From positions 128,001-192,000 of the IMG/VR virus record IMGVR_UViG_3300044620_001883: DNA of 64,000 nucleotides; one strand, written 5' to 3'. Under the pieces are notes generated by a model. That model worked only from the letters and a program-made list of their open reading frames with translations. It ran no database searches and was not told the origin of the DNA. The first letter of the stretch is position 1, and the number at the start of each line of letters is the position of its first letter. Of the stretch, positions 26,603 through 34,842 are shown in pieces. The stretch comes from a virus. Taxonomy: Duplodnaviria; Caudoviricetes. Position numbers and translations under genes: made by a program.

Positions 26603-27860
26603 TCCAACCTGCATGCAGCCAGCACATGCAACCGGTACGGAGGCGGAAGTGTGCGCCGACATTGCGGCCCGCCAGCAAATCGGAATCGCCAAGTACAAGA
26701 CGACTGTTCAAGACAACCCACTGTCGTTGCGTGAGTGGCTCCAGCACGCCTACGAGGAAACGTTGGATCAAGCGATCTACCTCAAGCGAGCAATCTCAGA
26801 GGTGGCAACCACCGAAAGCAAGAGTGCGACACAAACATCGCAGCTCCGAGCAGAGGTACTGTCGCGTCGCATGGATCACTTCCGCAGGACCACAGGACAG
26901 GAACCGACGCATGCGATTCTCACCACCAACGCAAGTCTCTACAGCATGGCAGAGTTCGAACACTACATGCAGCTCGCACCGCATCTGTACTGGTGCAACC
27001 CAAAGACCACATGGTATGACCTGCCAAAAGTTTCAGGGGTAGACATGGGTGGGTTCTACCTGGCCCACCGTCAGGCGAACAACGCCTGGATCGTGGTGCA
27101 GCCCAAGTCCGACGCGCACGCCGAATGGGAACACCTTTGGTTGTGGGCCTGGACGTGCGCCAATGAGGACCCTGAGATTGCACGGCGTATCTGTCGGGAG
27201 GCTGAGGAGCGGGAAGCCCAGCGCCCTGCCCCGCCTCCGCCCTCCTGGTTGTACAGTGCCACGGCTGCCGGGCTGCATCCTATACAGGACAGATACCGTG
27301 AGGGGCAGGTCATGGGTGAGCTTAACGACATTGTGAACAAGTTCGTCCAGACAGTCACGGATTGGTGCACTGTGATCCCAGAGGCGCAGCATCTCAAAAG
27401 ACCTGAGAACAGCGCGCCTCTAATTCGCTGGCTTGCGGCCCGGTTAGCACCGCATGCACAGGTTGAGTACTTGAAGGAGCCGTTCCCGGAACTTGGCAAG
27501 GATGCGCAGCCTCCCCGCGCCAGAACGCAGCTCGGTACTGCCGCTCGTGTGGCAAAGCCCCAGCGAAACATGATTGCCTTCCTCGCGCTATCGGTTGGAG
27601 ACCTGACGCCAGAAAACGTACGCCAGACTCTGGTCAACGCGATCAAGGCTCCGCCGTTACTAGCTGAAAACACGGAGATTCGTATGCCGCACCAGCTCTG
27701 GGAGTGGTTGCGCGTTCAATCATTGAGCAAGCTCCGTGATGTCTTTGGTGGGGACTTCTCTGCCGCTGTCTTTAACGACTACAAACCACAGCTGCTGTTC
27801 GGTTACAAGATCCAAGACTGGAGTGCAGACGGTCGTGTGGAGTTCTACGAAAAAGTTTAA
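26571..27860 (+). CDS. multidomain protein with an N-terminal all-alpha NTP pyrophosphohydrolase (MazG-like) domain
   Basis: RQQIGIAKYKTT...EWLQHAYEETLDQAIYL motif. Confidence 0.55.
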   Translation: MKTASPMTPSDPTCMQPAHATGTEAEVCADIAARQQIGIAKYKTTVQDNPLSLREWLQHAYEETLDQAIYLKRAISEVATTESKSATQTSQLRAEVLSRRMDHFRRTTGQEPTHAILTTNASLYSMAEFEHYMQLAPHLYWCNPKTTWYDLPKVSGVDMGGFYLAHRQANNAWIVVQPKSDAHAEWEHLWLWAWTCANEDPEIARRICREAEEREAQRPAPPPPSWLYSATAAGLHPIQDRYREGQVMGELNDIVNKFVQTVTDWCTVIPEAQHLKRPENSAPLIRWLAARLAPHAQVEYLKEPFPELGKDAQPPRARTQLGTAARVAKPQRNMIAFLALSVGDLTPENVRQTLVNAIKAPPLLAENTEIRMPHQLWEWLRVQSLSKLRDVFGGDFSAAVFNDYKPQLLFGYKIQDWSADGRVEFYEKV

Positions 27861-27877
27861 CCCCTACCCCACACACC

Positions 27878-28063
27878 ATGATCAACCGTGAATTCATTGC
27901 CCGAGAACTCTACACCGCTTACTGCGCTGCAGTAGGTGGCAAAGCCTTCAATGGAGATCCCCTCCCCCGTTGGGAAGACTTCTCCTTCGACCTGACCAAA
28001 ACTAAACAAGTACAGGGTTGGCTCGCTGCTGCGGACCGCGCCTTGGAACTGCTGAACAAATAA
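27878..28063 (+). CDS. small hypothetical protein
   Basis: 61 aa, CACACACC-ATG start context. Confidence 0.6.
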   Translation: MINREFIARELYTAYCAAVGGKAFNGDPLPRWEDFSFDLTKTKQVQGWLAAADRALELLNK

Positions 28064-28073
28064 ACATACAACC

Positions 28074-28934
28074 ATGCCCACTACCTCTACATTCCCAGAC
28101 CTCCTGCCCGGCCAAGCTTCCATGGCAGATCCTACAGCTGTCCGGTACCTCCAGACGGCGCTTAACAGCCAAGGCTATCCGGTGCCCGTCAACGGCAAGT
28201 ACGACAAAGCCACCATCGCCGCTGTCTTCAACTTCCAGGGTGTCCGGCTAGACCGTAAAGGTCGTCACCTCAAAGCTGACGGCTGGGTTGGTCCTGCCAC
28301 TTGGTGGGCCATTCAGAATCCGTCAGGCGCGTCCCAGAAGTCCAACCTCGAGGGCGACACCCGCAAGGGGTTGTCTGCTGAACGCCGCGCAATCATCAAA
28401 GCTTTCCTGAAGGACCACACAGCCGGGGTGCGGGAGATCCCTGATGGTGCCAACTACGGTGACGGTGTGACCCGCTACCTGACTGTCATCGGTCCTGCGT
28501 ACTGGTGCTGCTACGCTGTCAGCACATGGCACAAAGATGCAGTGGGCACCTGGCCCTTCGGGGAACGCTTCGGGTTAGTGGCCGGGATCTGGAATGAAGC
28601 CAAAGAGCGCGGACGCGCGATCCTGAAGGAGGACACCAGCACGGCTGTCCCGGGCGATGCGTTCGTGATGCTGTACCGGAATGCCAAAGGCAGACTCACA
28701 GGCCTGGGTCACATCGGGCTTGTCCTGACTGCCAGCCAAGACGGGGAGTCCTTCAATACCGGCGAAGGTAATGCCGGCAATCGCGTGAAGATCAGCCGGC
28801 GTGAGACTGACCAGGACACGCTGGTCGGTTACATTGACTTCTTCGGGGACCGGGCTGCTGTCCTTCCCAAGTTCGAACGTGGGCTGTTGTCCAAGTCGGA
28901 AGCGGCGGATTCGTCACTAGCTGGCACACGCTGA
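28074..28934 (+). CDS. endolysin: peptidoglycan-binding domain plus CHAP amidase
   Basis: LQTALN..GYP..VNGKYDKATIAAVFNFQ...ADGWVGPATW; YWCCYAV (Cys), GHIGLV (His), TGEGN. Confidence 0.85.
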   Translation: MPTTSTFPDLLPGQASMADPTAVRYLQTALNSQGYPVPVNGKYDKATIAAVFNFQGVRLDRKGRHLKADGWVGPATWWAIQNPSGASQKSNLEGDTRKGLSAERRAIIKAFLKDHTAGVREIPDGANYGDGVTRYLTVIGPAYWCCYAVSTWHKDAVGTWPFGERFGLVAGIWNEAKERGRAILKEDTSTAVPGDAFVMLYRNAKGRLTGLGHIGLVLTASQDGESFNTGEGNAGNRVKISRRETDQDTLVGYIDFFGDRAAVLPKFERGLLSKSEAADSSLAGTR

Positions 28935-29012
28935 AAATTTCCCTGCTGTTTCTAGTCACCTCCTCTGGGGGTGGCGCAGTGGGAACTAAACAAACATCGG
29001 AGCTAGAACCCT

Positions 29013-29180
29013 ATGAATGAAGAAGTAATCGATAAACTGAAAGAGGCCATAAAGGCCTGTGCTGAAGCCGCAGCAAAAACCGGCGTAACCTGTGTTGAGG
29101 CGCTGCAGTTCACACAAGCAGCCTTGAATGCTACAAACGCCATCATTGGCCTCATGAGCGCGGAGCGCCAGCTCAAGTAA
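29013..29180 (+). CDS. small helical hypothetical protein (55 aa, below the ORF-track cutoff)
   Basis: MNEEVIDKLKEAIKACAEAAAK...ALQFTQAALNATNAIIGL, read manually. Confidence 0.55.
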   Translation: MNEEVIDKLKEAIKACAEAAAKTGVTCVEALQFTQAALNATNAIIGLMSAERQLK

Positions 29181-29188
29181 ACCCCTGT

Positions 29189-29262
29189 GCCCGCTGCGCT
29201 GTCGCTCTCCATCGAAGCTTGGCTCATCGAAAGAGGAGCCTCGGGACTTCAGCGCGGTGGGC
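29189..29262 (+). other. structured intergenic RNA element
   Basis: 13-bp outer stem (29189-29201 with 29250-29262) enclosing GGCTC-ATC-GAAA-GAG-GAGCC, then CCTTTTCT. Confidence 0.5.
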
Positions 29263-29278
29263 CAACCTTTTCTAAACT

Positions 29279-29536
29279 ATGCCTGACAAAATAACACCCT
29301 TGAGAATAATCCAACCCACACCTCCAGCTGCCGAGGTCCCGGCAGAAGTCATTGCTACCTCGATCACCCAGATCGCGAAGGCCATGAAGGACCTGACTAG
29401 TACGCGGCTCGGCCGTAATGCGATCGTGACCCTGATCCACGCTGCCAGCAAGGTTCCCAAGCGTGACATCGTGGCCGTCATGGGCAGCCTCGAGAATCTG
29501 GAGCGTGACTGGCTGAAACCCAAACCCAAGGCGTGA
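29279..29536 (+). CDS. hypothetical protein (possible DNA-binding)
   Basis: 85 aa, basic helical protein. Confidence 0.6.
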   Translation: MPDKITPLRIIQPTPPAAEVPAEVIATSITQIAKAMKDLTSTRLGRNAIVTLIHAASKVPKRDIVAVMGSLENLERDWLKPKPKA

Positions 29537-29817
29537 ACGCAGATAACACAGATCGCATCTTGCAAGACCTCAAGCAAACCATCGACAAGTTACCACCGAC
29601 CGCAATTGGCGTTGTGCTGGAAACCTGGCGCGTGCGAATTGACGATATTCGAAAACAACTAAAGTTTACAGGCAGATCACTAACAGACGTAACGTGCCCA
29701 GCTGCGCGTGAGCTGATGACGCTGGAAATGGCCGTACGTCAAATCGAGGCGGCCTGTGCTGTTGAGCGCGGGGATGGACTCGATGCCATCCGTATCCTTT
29801 TGAACCCCACCCCATGA
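29533..29817 (+). CDS. hypothetical protein
   Basis: 94 aa, GTGA overlap. Confidence 0.55.
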   Translation: MNADNTDRILQDLKQTIDKLPPTAIGVVLETWRVRIDDIRKQLKFTGRSLTDVTCPAARELMTLEMAVRQIEAACAVERGDGLDAIRILLNPTP

Positions 29818-30443
29818 GCACCACCCGTCGCGAGAAAGCCCGACGACTCAAGAACGCAGAGGGTGTGATCATCTGCAGCTGTGGCTGTGGTCAGATTCCA
29901 AAGCCACCACGTCAGACTTGGTTCAGCCAGGCCTGCGTGGATGGTTGGCGGGAGAAGAATGATCCGGGGTACATCCGCCAGCAGATGCTGAAGCGCGACA
30001 AGGGGATCTGCGCTCTGTGTGGTGTCGACTGCGTCAAGATCCAGAAGACAGTACAGCGGCTGCAACACCTGCTGCGCTGCAGCCCTCCAGATCACGGTCA
30101 GCGCAAGTTCCGGGAAGGTCACAGTTACAACGGGCAGTTTCTGCGCAGCAAGTACGACAGGTGCCTGGCAATCTGGCAACGGTGGCGGCACAAGCGTATT
30201 ACAGCTGCCAGGAACCGACTGGAGCGTATCAGGGCTCAGGGTTGGAACCTGGACCGGAAGACACAATGGGATGCGGATCACATCCTACCCGTCATCGAGG
30301 GTGGGGGTCTGTGTGGTCTTGTCTCGATGCAGACACTGTGCGTACCTTGTCATAAGGAGAAAACCAAACAGCATGCAAAAGACCGGGCGCAAAGAAGGCG
30401 AGAGAGTAGTGGGTGTTTACCAGATCAAGTGCCTGGTAACTAG
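29814..30443 (+). CDS. HNH endonuclease-family protein
   Basis: RDKGICALCG...WDADHILPVIEGGG...TLCVPCH. Confidence 0.85.
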   Translation: MSTTRREKARRLKNAEGVIICSCGCGQIPKPPRQTWFSQACVDGWREKNDPGYIRQQMLKRDKGICALCGVDCVKIQKTVQRLQHLLRCSPPDHGQRKFREGHSYNGQFLRSKYDRCLAIWQRWRHKRITAARNRLERIRAQGWNLDRKTQWDADHILPVIEGGGLCGLVSMQTLCVPCHKEKTKQHAKDRAQRRRESSGCLPDQVPGN

Positions 30444-31182
30444 CCATGTCTATGTGGGCAGCTCTGTGCACTGCCTGCGGCGGTTTAAGTATCACAAGAC
30501 GCAGCTCCGAGGCGGTACGCACACCAACAGACACCTACAAGCGGCGTGGTGTAAGTACGGCGAAGCGCAGTTTGAGTTCATGATTATTAGACAGCTCACG
30601 GCTCCTTTGGGACCTGAGGTGTTGCTAACCTGTGAACGAGCCCTCTGTGTGAAGCTTAAAGCCCTTGATCCGTGCCACGGTTACAACCAACAGCAACCCG
30701 GTGCGGTGTACTGCCGTAGCACCGCTGAAGAGACCAAGCGCAAAATAGGCGACGCCAACCGAGGTAAGAAGAGAACACCAGAACAGGTTAAGCGCGCGCG
30801 TGATGCATTTTTACTGGCTACCGCGGGCAGGCCAGGTCCGAATAAAGGACGCAAGTTTGGACCCGATGTGCGACAGAAGATACGTCAAGCCCGTCTAGGC
30901 CGTCCGTCCTACACACGCAGTGCGGCGACGCTGCAAAAGCAGTCGTTAGTTTTGAAGAGCTTTTACACAACACCCAAGGGGCAGATTCTACGCGCCGCGC
31001 GCGGGAGGCCAGCGGAGCCGTGCACCAACTGTAGCTGTATCGTTAAGACACGCCGACGCGGTTTATGCGGAGCATGTAACGAGTACAAGAGGCGCACAGG
31101 GAACGCTCGACCTCCTGGAGGTTTTCCACAGGGTGGAGGCAGGCATGGGCGAAAAACCCTGGCAAAGCCGCACGCTTTGTAA
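30373..31182 (+). mobile_element. free-standing GIY-YIG homing endonuclease with NUMOD3-like repeats
   Basis: GVYQIKCLVTSHVYVGSS..RRFKYH..L..GTHTNRHLQAAWCKYG; TKRKIGDANRGKK and NKGRKFGPDVRQKI repeats. Confidence 0.88.
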
Positions 31183-31285
31183 CCCCTGCCACAAAAAGGT
31201 CACCAAGGAACTAGCAGCCCGGCGAGCTGAACACCGCAGGCAGGAGAAAAAGCAGTTGCAAACCCTGACCGTTTCGCCATCATGA
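31145..31285 (+). pseudogene. displaced second copy of the HNH C-terminus
   Basis: Encodes (MGEKPWQS)RTLCNPCHKKVTKELAARRAEHRRQ, 14/25 identical to HNH residues encoded at 30330-30404. Confidence 0.75.
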
Positions 31286-31289
31286 CTGT

Positions 31290-31422
31290 GCCGCGTGTCG
31301 CAACCGGTTTCCCCAGAGAAGAGATTCTGAAATAGCGGATTCGTCCTGCAACATCAGATCTTACCATCAGACCCCTTCTACAGGTCTACAGGTAATCTGG
31401 GAGACCGGCCTCGACACGCGGC
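31290..31422 (+). ncRNA. putative structured non-coding RNA (~133 nt, multi-way junction)
   Basis: 11-bp perfect terminal helix GCCGCGTGTCG/CGACACGCGGC, second helix CCGGTTTCCCCAGA/TCTGGGAGACCGG, two internal hairpins; upstream TTGCAA-N16-CATCAT. Confidence 0.65.
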
Positions 31423-31439
31423 TCTTTGCGTACATGGCG

Positions 31440-31468
31440 TTGACGTCCAGCCAGTGACCTCGTAATGT
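31440..31468 (+). promoter_or_regulatory. sigma70-like promoter (leaderless)
   Basis: TTGACG-N17-TAATGT, ATG 7 nt downstream. Confidence 0.65.
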
Positions 31469-31475
31469 CCAGATC

Positions 31476-31838
31476 ATGGACACATCCAAGTACCGCCCCC
31501 TTGCCTATCTGCTGGGCTCCAAGACAACTTATTCTGCCGCCGACGCTGTAGGCAGTCCGGCGAATCGGAACATGTACCGCCACCACACCTTCCAGCGCAT
31601 TGTGAAGGATGAAGGCGGCGGCAACCCTGCCGTTAAGATCCAGGCGCGGATCATCCCCGTCGAGGACGCTGTGGATGCCGCGGAGTGGTCCACCATTGCC
31701 ACACTCAACAACTCCACACCCATTGCCTTCTTCGGTCACACGCTCTTGCCGGCTGTCCGGGCTGTACGTGATGACGGCAGCACTGTGGAAATCAAGGTCT
31801 TGGTGTTCAGTGGCAATGACCGTGACGATGAAGGCTGA
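31476..31838 (+). CDS. hypothetical beta-rich protein
   Basis: 120 aa, directly upstream of the beta' C-terminal gene. Confidence 0.6.
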   Translation: MDTSKYRPLAYLLGSKTTYSAADAVGSPANRNMYRHHTFQRIVKDEGGGNPAVKIQARIIPVEDAVDAAEWSTIATLNNSTPIAFFGHTLLPAVRAVRDDGSTVEIKVLVFSGNDRDDEG

Positions 31839-31843
31839 TCCCT

Positions 31844-34834
31844 ATGCGCGTCAAAGCCATCCAGTATGCGGTCAATTCGGTGCTACCTCCAGAGCTGCGC
31901 GACTATCAACGCCCTCTGGACGGTAAAGGGATCGAGCGTCTGATGCACCAGGTGGCGGTAAGCTACCCGGACAAATATGCGGAGGTGCTCCGTCACATCG
32001 GTGACCTGGGACGCAACGCCGCGTACTGGCAAGGTGAGACCATGGGACTCGATGATCTGCGCGACGTCATCGACACGCCCGGCTATTTGCGCCAGATGGA
32101 CACGGAGGTCGACGCAGCCACACGAGGCCTCAAGGATCCGCAGGCGATCCGGGAAGCCCGGGAGGGTGTCTGGCATAAATGGGCGTCCAAGCTGGAGCGC
32201 GACACCATGACGGCCGCGCTGGTGAAGAACAACGCGATCGGTGAATCTGTGGCATCCGGAGCACGCGGCAAGCCTGTGCAGGCCCGCGCTATGCTTTCCA
32301 CGCCGGCGATCTTCGAAGACAGCCAGGGTCGCACCATCCCGCTCTTCGCCCGCAGTTCTTACTCCCAGGGTGTGTCTCCTGGTGCCTGGCTTGCTGGGAC
32401 CTACGGCGCCCGCAAGGCAGTCGTGAGTACAAAGGTCTCGACTGCCAAAGGTGGGTTCTTGGCGAAAATGCTCACACAGGTTGCTGCTCCTCTGATCGTG
32501 ACTGAGCCAGACTGCGGAACCACCAACGGCATCGATCTTTCCAAAGACGCGCCCGACCTGCGCAACCGCTTCCTGGCCGCCCCTGCCGGTGGGCTTGACG
32601 GTGGGTCTCTTCTGGACCGCAAGGGCATCGCGCAGATCAAAAACAAGTTCAAGGGCGACACCATCCTGGTGCGATCTGCTCTGACCTGCCAGGCCCCTCG
32701 TGGTGTTTGCGCCAAGTGTATCGGGGCAGACCCGCGCGGACAGCTCCACCGTGTTGGCTACGCCGCAGGGATCACAGCCTCGAACGCGCTCGGAGAACCT
32801 GCTTGTTTGCATGGTAGCACCCTGGTGCGCATGGCAGATGGAAGTGTCAGACCGATCACCGCTATCCGAGTTGGTGACATGGTGCTAGGCGCGGATATAC
32901 AAGGGGTGCTGCGTCCAACAAGGGTCATGAATACGTTCGTGAACGGTATGCGTCACTGCTTTAGAACGGTTGTGCGTAAGGGCTTCGGTGCCAAGTCTGA
33001 TCGTATCGAGTTAATTTCCACAGCAGAACATAAAGTTCTAAGCTTCAAAGGCAAACGTCACAAGAAGGCGTATCCAACTATCGCAAGCATAGAAATGCCA
33101 GCAGAAGTAAACCCCCAACACAGCGTGTACATGGCAGCGGGTTGCCCTGATTTCGTAGGCGTTGTCGAGCCGTGGGCCATGCTGCTCGGGGCACTTACAG
33201 GTGACGGTTGTTACACCGGAGGAAAAGGCTCTGATGGCAAAGGCATCGGTTTTTCCTGCTACGATCAGCTTCTCACTGAAGACATGCAGAGAGCGCTACA
33301 TGCACACGGATTGAAGCTGAGCGGCAGCGAAGCAAGCGAGTTTCGTGTAAACATGCAAGACCAATATAGCGCGTTCGAATACATCGATGGTAAATTAGTA
33401 CGTAACAAGCTGCGTGCGGTGCTTATCAAAGAAGGTATGTGGGGGCAGTACAGTGGTGAAAAAACACCTCCAAGAAACATTCAGAGGTGGGACAACGCAT
33501 CCGTAGCAGCTTACATCGGTGGGTTGCTGGCCACAGATGGGTGGATCACCACAACCGGAAGTGTTGCTGGGTTTAGCAGCAACTCCCAGCTGCTGCTGCA
33601 GACTGTCAAGGACCTGTGTGAGCTGCGTTTTGGTATCTACGGATCGCGCATAATCCCGAAGTACAAAAGAAAGAAAGGGACCCAACAGTTTTACGCACCA
33701 ACGTTTGAGTTCACGATCTGCGGCGCAGAGAACATGCGAAAGTTGTTCGCGCATATACCTGTGCCAGGTTGCAAACAAGCAAGGCTGCAAAAGAAAGCAC
33801 AGGAACCAACTAAAACACGCATGTGCGCGGGGCGTTTCACCGTGCTTGAGCAAGTGTACTACGGGTTTGAGATGACTTACGACATTGAGGTGGACAACGA
33901 CACCCACCTCTTTGCGCTCGCCAATGGTCTGGTTGTTTCAAACACACAGGCGGCCCTGCGGGAAAAGCACACATCAGGCGCAGCGTCTAAGAAGGCCTCG
34001 TACTCGGGGTTGGATTGGCTGCAGCGGTTCGTGCAGGTGCCAGACAGTTTCCCAGATCGCGCCCCCGTGGCTGAGCAAGATGGGACCGTGACGGTCATGG
34101 AGGCCCCGCAAGGTGGTCACTATGTACACATCGGAGATCAGGAGCATTACGTACCGGCCAACCTGGAAGTAACCGTCAAGACAGGCGAGCGTGTTGAAGC
34201 CGGGCAACCTCTGTCGGAAGGGGTCGTGCGCCCTGATGACGTGGTGCGGTTGCGTGGCGTTGGGGAAGGTCGCCGATACTACAGCGACCGCCTTGGGCAG
34301 ATGTTTGCCGACTCAGGCTTCCGCGCGGACCCGCGCAACGTCGAGCTGATTGCGCGTGCGGCGGTCGATCATGTGCAGATCGACGATCCTGAGGATCTGC
34401 CAGACGGTGTGCTCCCTGACGACACAGTACAGTTCGGGGAGTTCATGCGCAATTACGAGCCCGCCGAGGGATCCCAAATACGGGATATCAAGGAGGCCGC
34501 CGGCCAGTACCTACAGCAGCCCGCCCTCCACTACACACCCGGCACCAAACTCACAGGCAGCATGGTCGAGCGTCTAGGCAAGGCTGGCATCTCGAAGATC
34601 ATGACCAACGAGAAAGCGCCGCCTTTCCACCCCGCAATGGTGCGCCTTCAAACGTCCTCGTTTTCAAATCCGGATTGGCTGGCCAGCTTGTCGACCTCTT
34701 ACCTCGGCAAACAGCTCGCCACGGGAGCGGCGCGCGGGCAGGACACCAACATCGAACACAACATCCACTTTGCACCCCGGCTTGCTGTGGGTGTAGACTT
34801 TGGCAAGAACATCGAAACCACCGGAGAATTTTGA
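31844..34834 (+). CDS. rpoC: RNA polymerase beta' C-terminal fragment with intein
   Basis: SGARG, bridge helix YGARKAVVSTKVSTAKGGFL, DCGT, VRSALTC..GVCAKC, trigger loop ALGEPA/TQAALREKH, jaw domain. Confidence 0.92.
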   Translation: MRVKAIQYAVNSVLPPELRDYQRPLDGKGIERLMHQVAVSYPDKYAEVLRHIGDLGRNAAYWQGETMGLDDLRDVIDTPGYLRQMDTEVDAATRGLKDPQAIREAREGVWHKWASKLERDTMTAALVKNNAIGESVASGARGKPVQARAMLSTPAIFEDSQGRTIPLFARSSYSQGVSPGAWLAGTYGARKAVVSTKVSTAKGGFLAKMLTQVAAPLIVTEPDCGTTNGIDLSKDAPDLRNRFLAAPAGGLDGGSLLDRKGIAQIKNKFKGDTILVRSALTCQAPRGVCAKCIGADPRGQLHRVGYAAGITASNALGEPACLHGSTLVRMADGSVRPITAIRVGDMVLGADIQGVLRPTRVMNTFVNGMRHCFRTVVRKGFGAKSDRIELISTAEHKVLSFKGKRHKKAYPTIASIEMPAEVNPQHSVYMAAGCPDFVGVVEPWAMLLGALTGDGCYTGGKGSDGKGIGFSCYDQLLTEDMQRALHAHGLKLSGSEASEFRVNMQDQYSAFEYIDGKLVRNKLRAVLIKEGMWGQYSGEKTPPRNIQRWDNASVAAYIGGLLATDGWITTTGSVAGFSSNSQLLLQTVKDLCELRFGIYGSRIIPKYKRKKGTQQFYAPTFEFTICGAENMRKLFAHIPVPGCKQARLQKKAQEPTKTRMCAGRFTVLEQVYYGFEMTYDIEVDNDTHLFALANGLVVSNTQAALREKHTSGAASKKASYSGLDWLQRFVQVPDSFPDRAPVAEQDGTVTVMEAPQGGHYVHIGDQEHYVPANLEVTVKTGERVEAGQPLSEGVVRPDDVVRLRGVGEGRRYYSDRLGQMFADSGFRADPRNVELIARAAVDHVQIDDPEDLPDGVLPDDTVQFGEFMRNYEPAEGSQIRDIKEAAGQYLQQPALHYTPGTKLTGSMVERLGKAGISKIMTNEKAPPFHPAMVRLQTSSFSNPDWLASLSTSYLGKQLATGAARGQDTNIEHNIHFAPRLAVGVDFGKNIETTGEF
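32804..33943 (+). mobile_element. intein with LAGLIDADG homing endonuclease (380 aa)
   Basis: Starts CLHGSTLV, ends TYDIEVDNDTHLFALANGLVVSN followed by Thr; LGALTGDG and GLLATDGW blocks. Confidence 0.92.
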
Positions 34835-34842
34835 TCCCCCAT

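Noticed and set aside
29189-29262. tRNA
   Set aside because: tRNA-like length, but no cloverleaf, T-loop (GTTCRA) or CCA end
30330-31168. Group I intron around the GIY-YIG gene
   Set aside because: The ORF fills the whole insert and overlaps both ends, leaving no room for a ribozyme core; the upstream gene is already complete without splicing
31290-31422. Hammerhead ribozyme or SRP RNA identity for the structured RNA
   Set aside because: CTGAAATAG does not fit CUGANGA, no correctly placed GAAA, and no SRP domain IV motif
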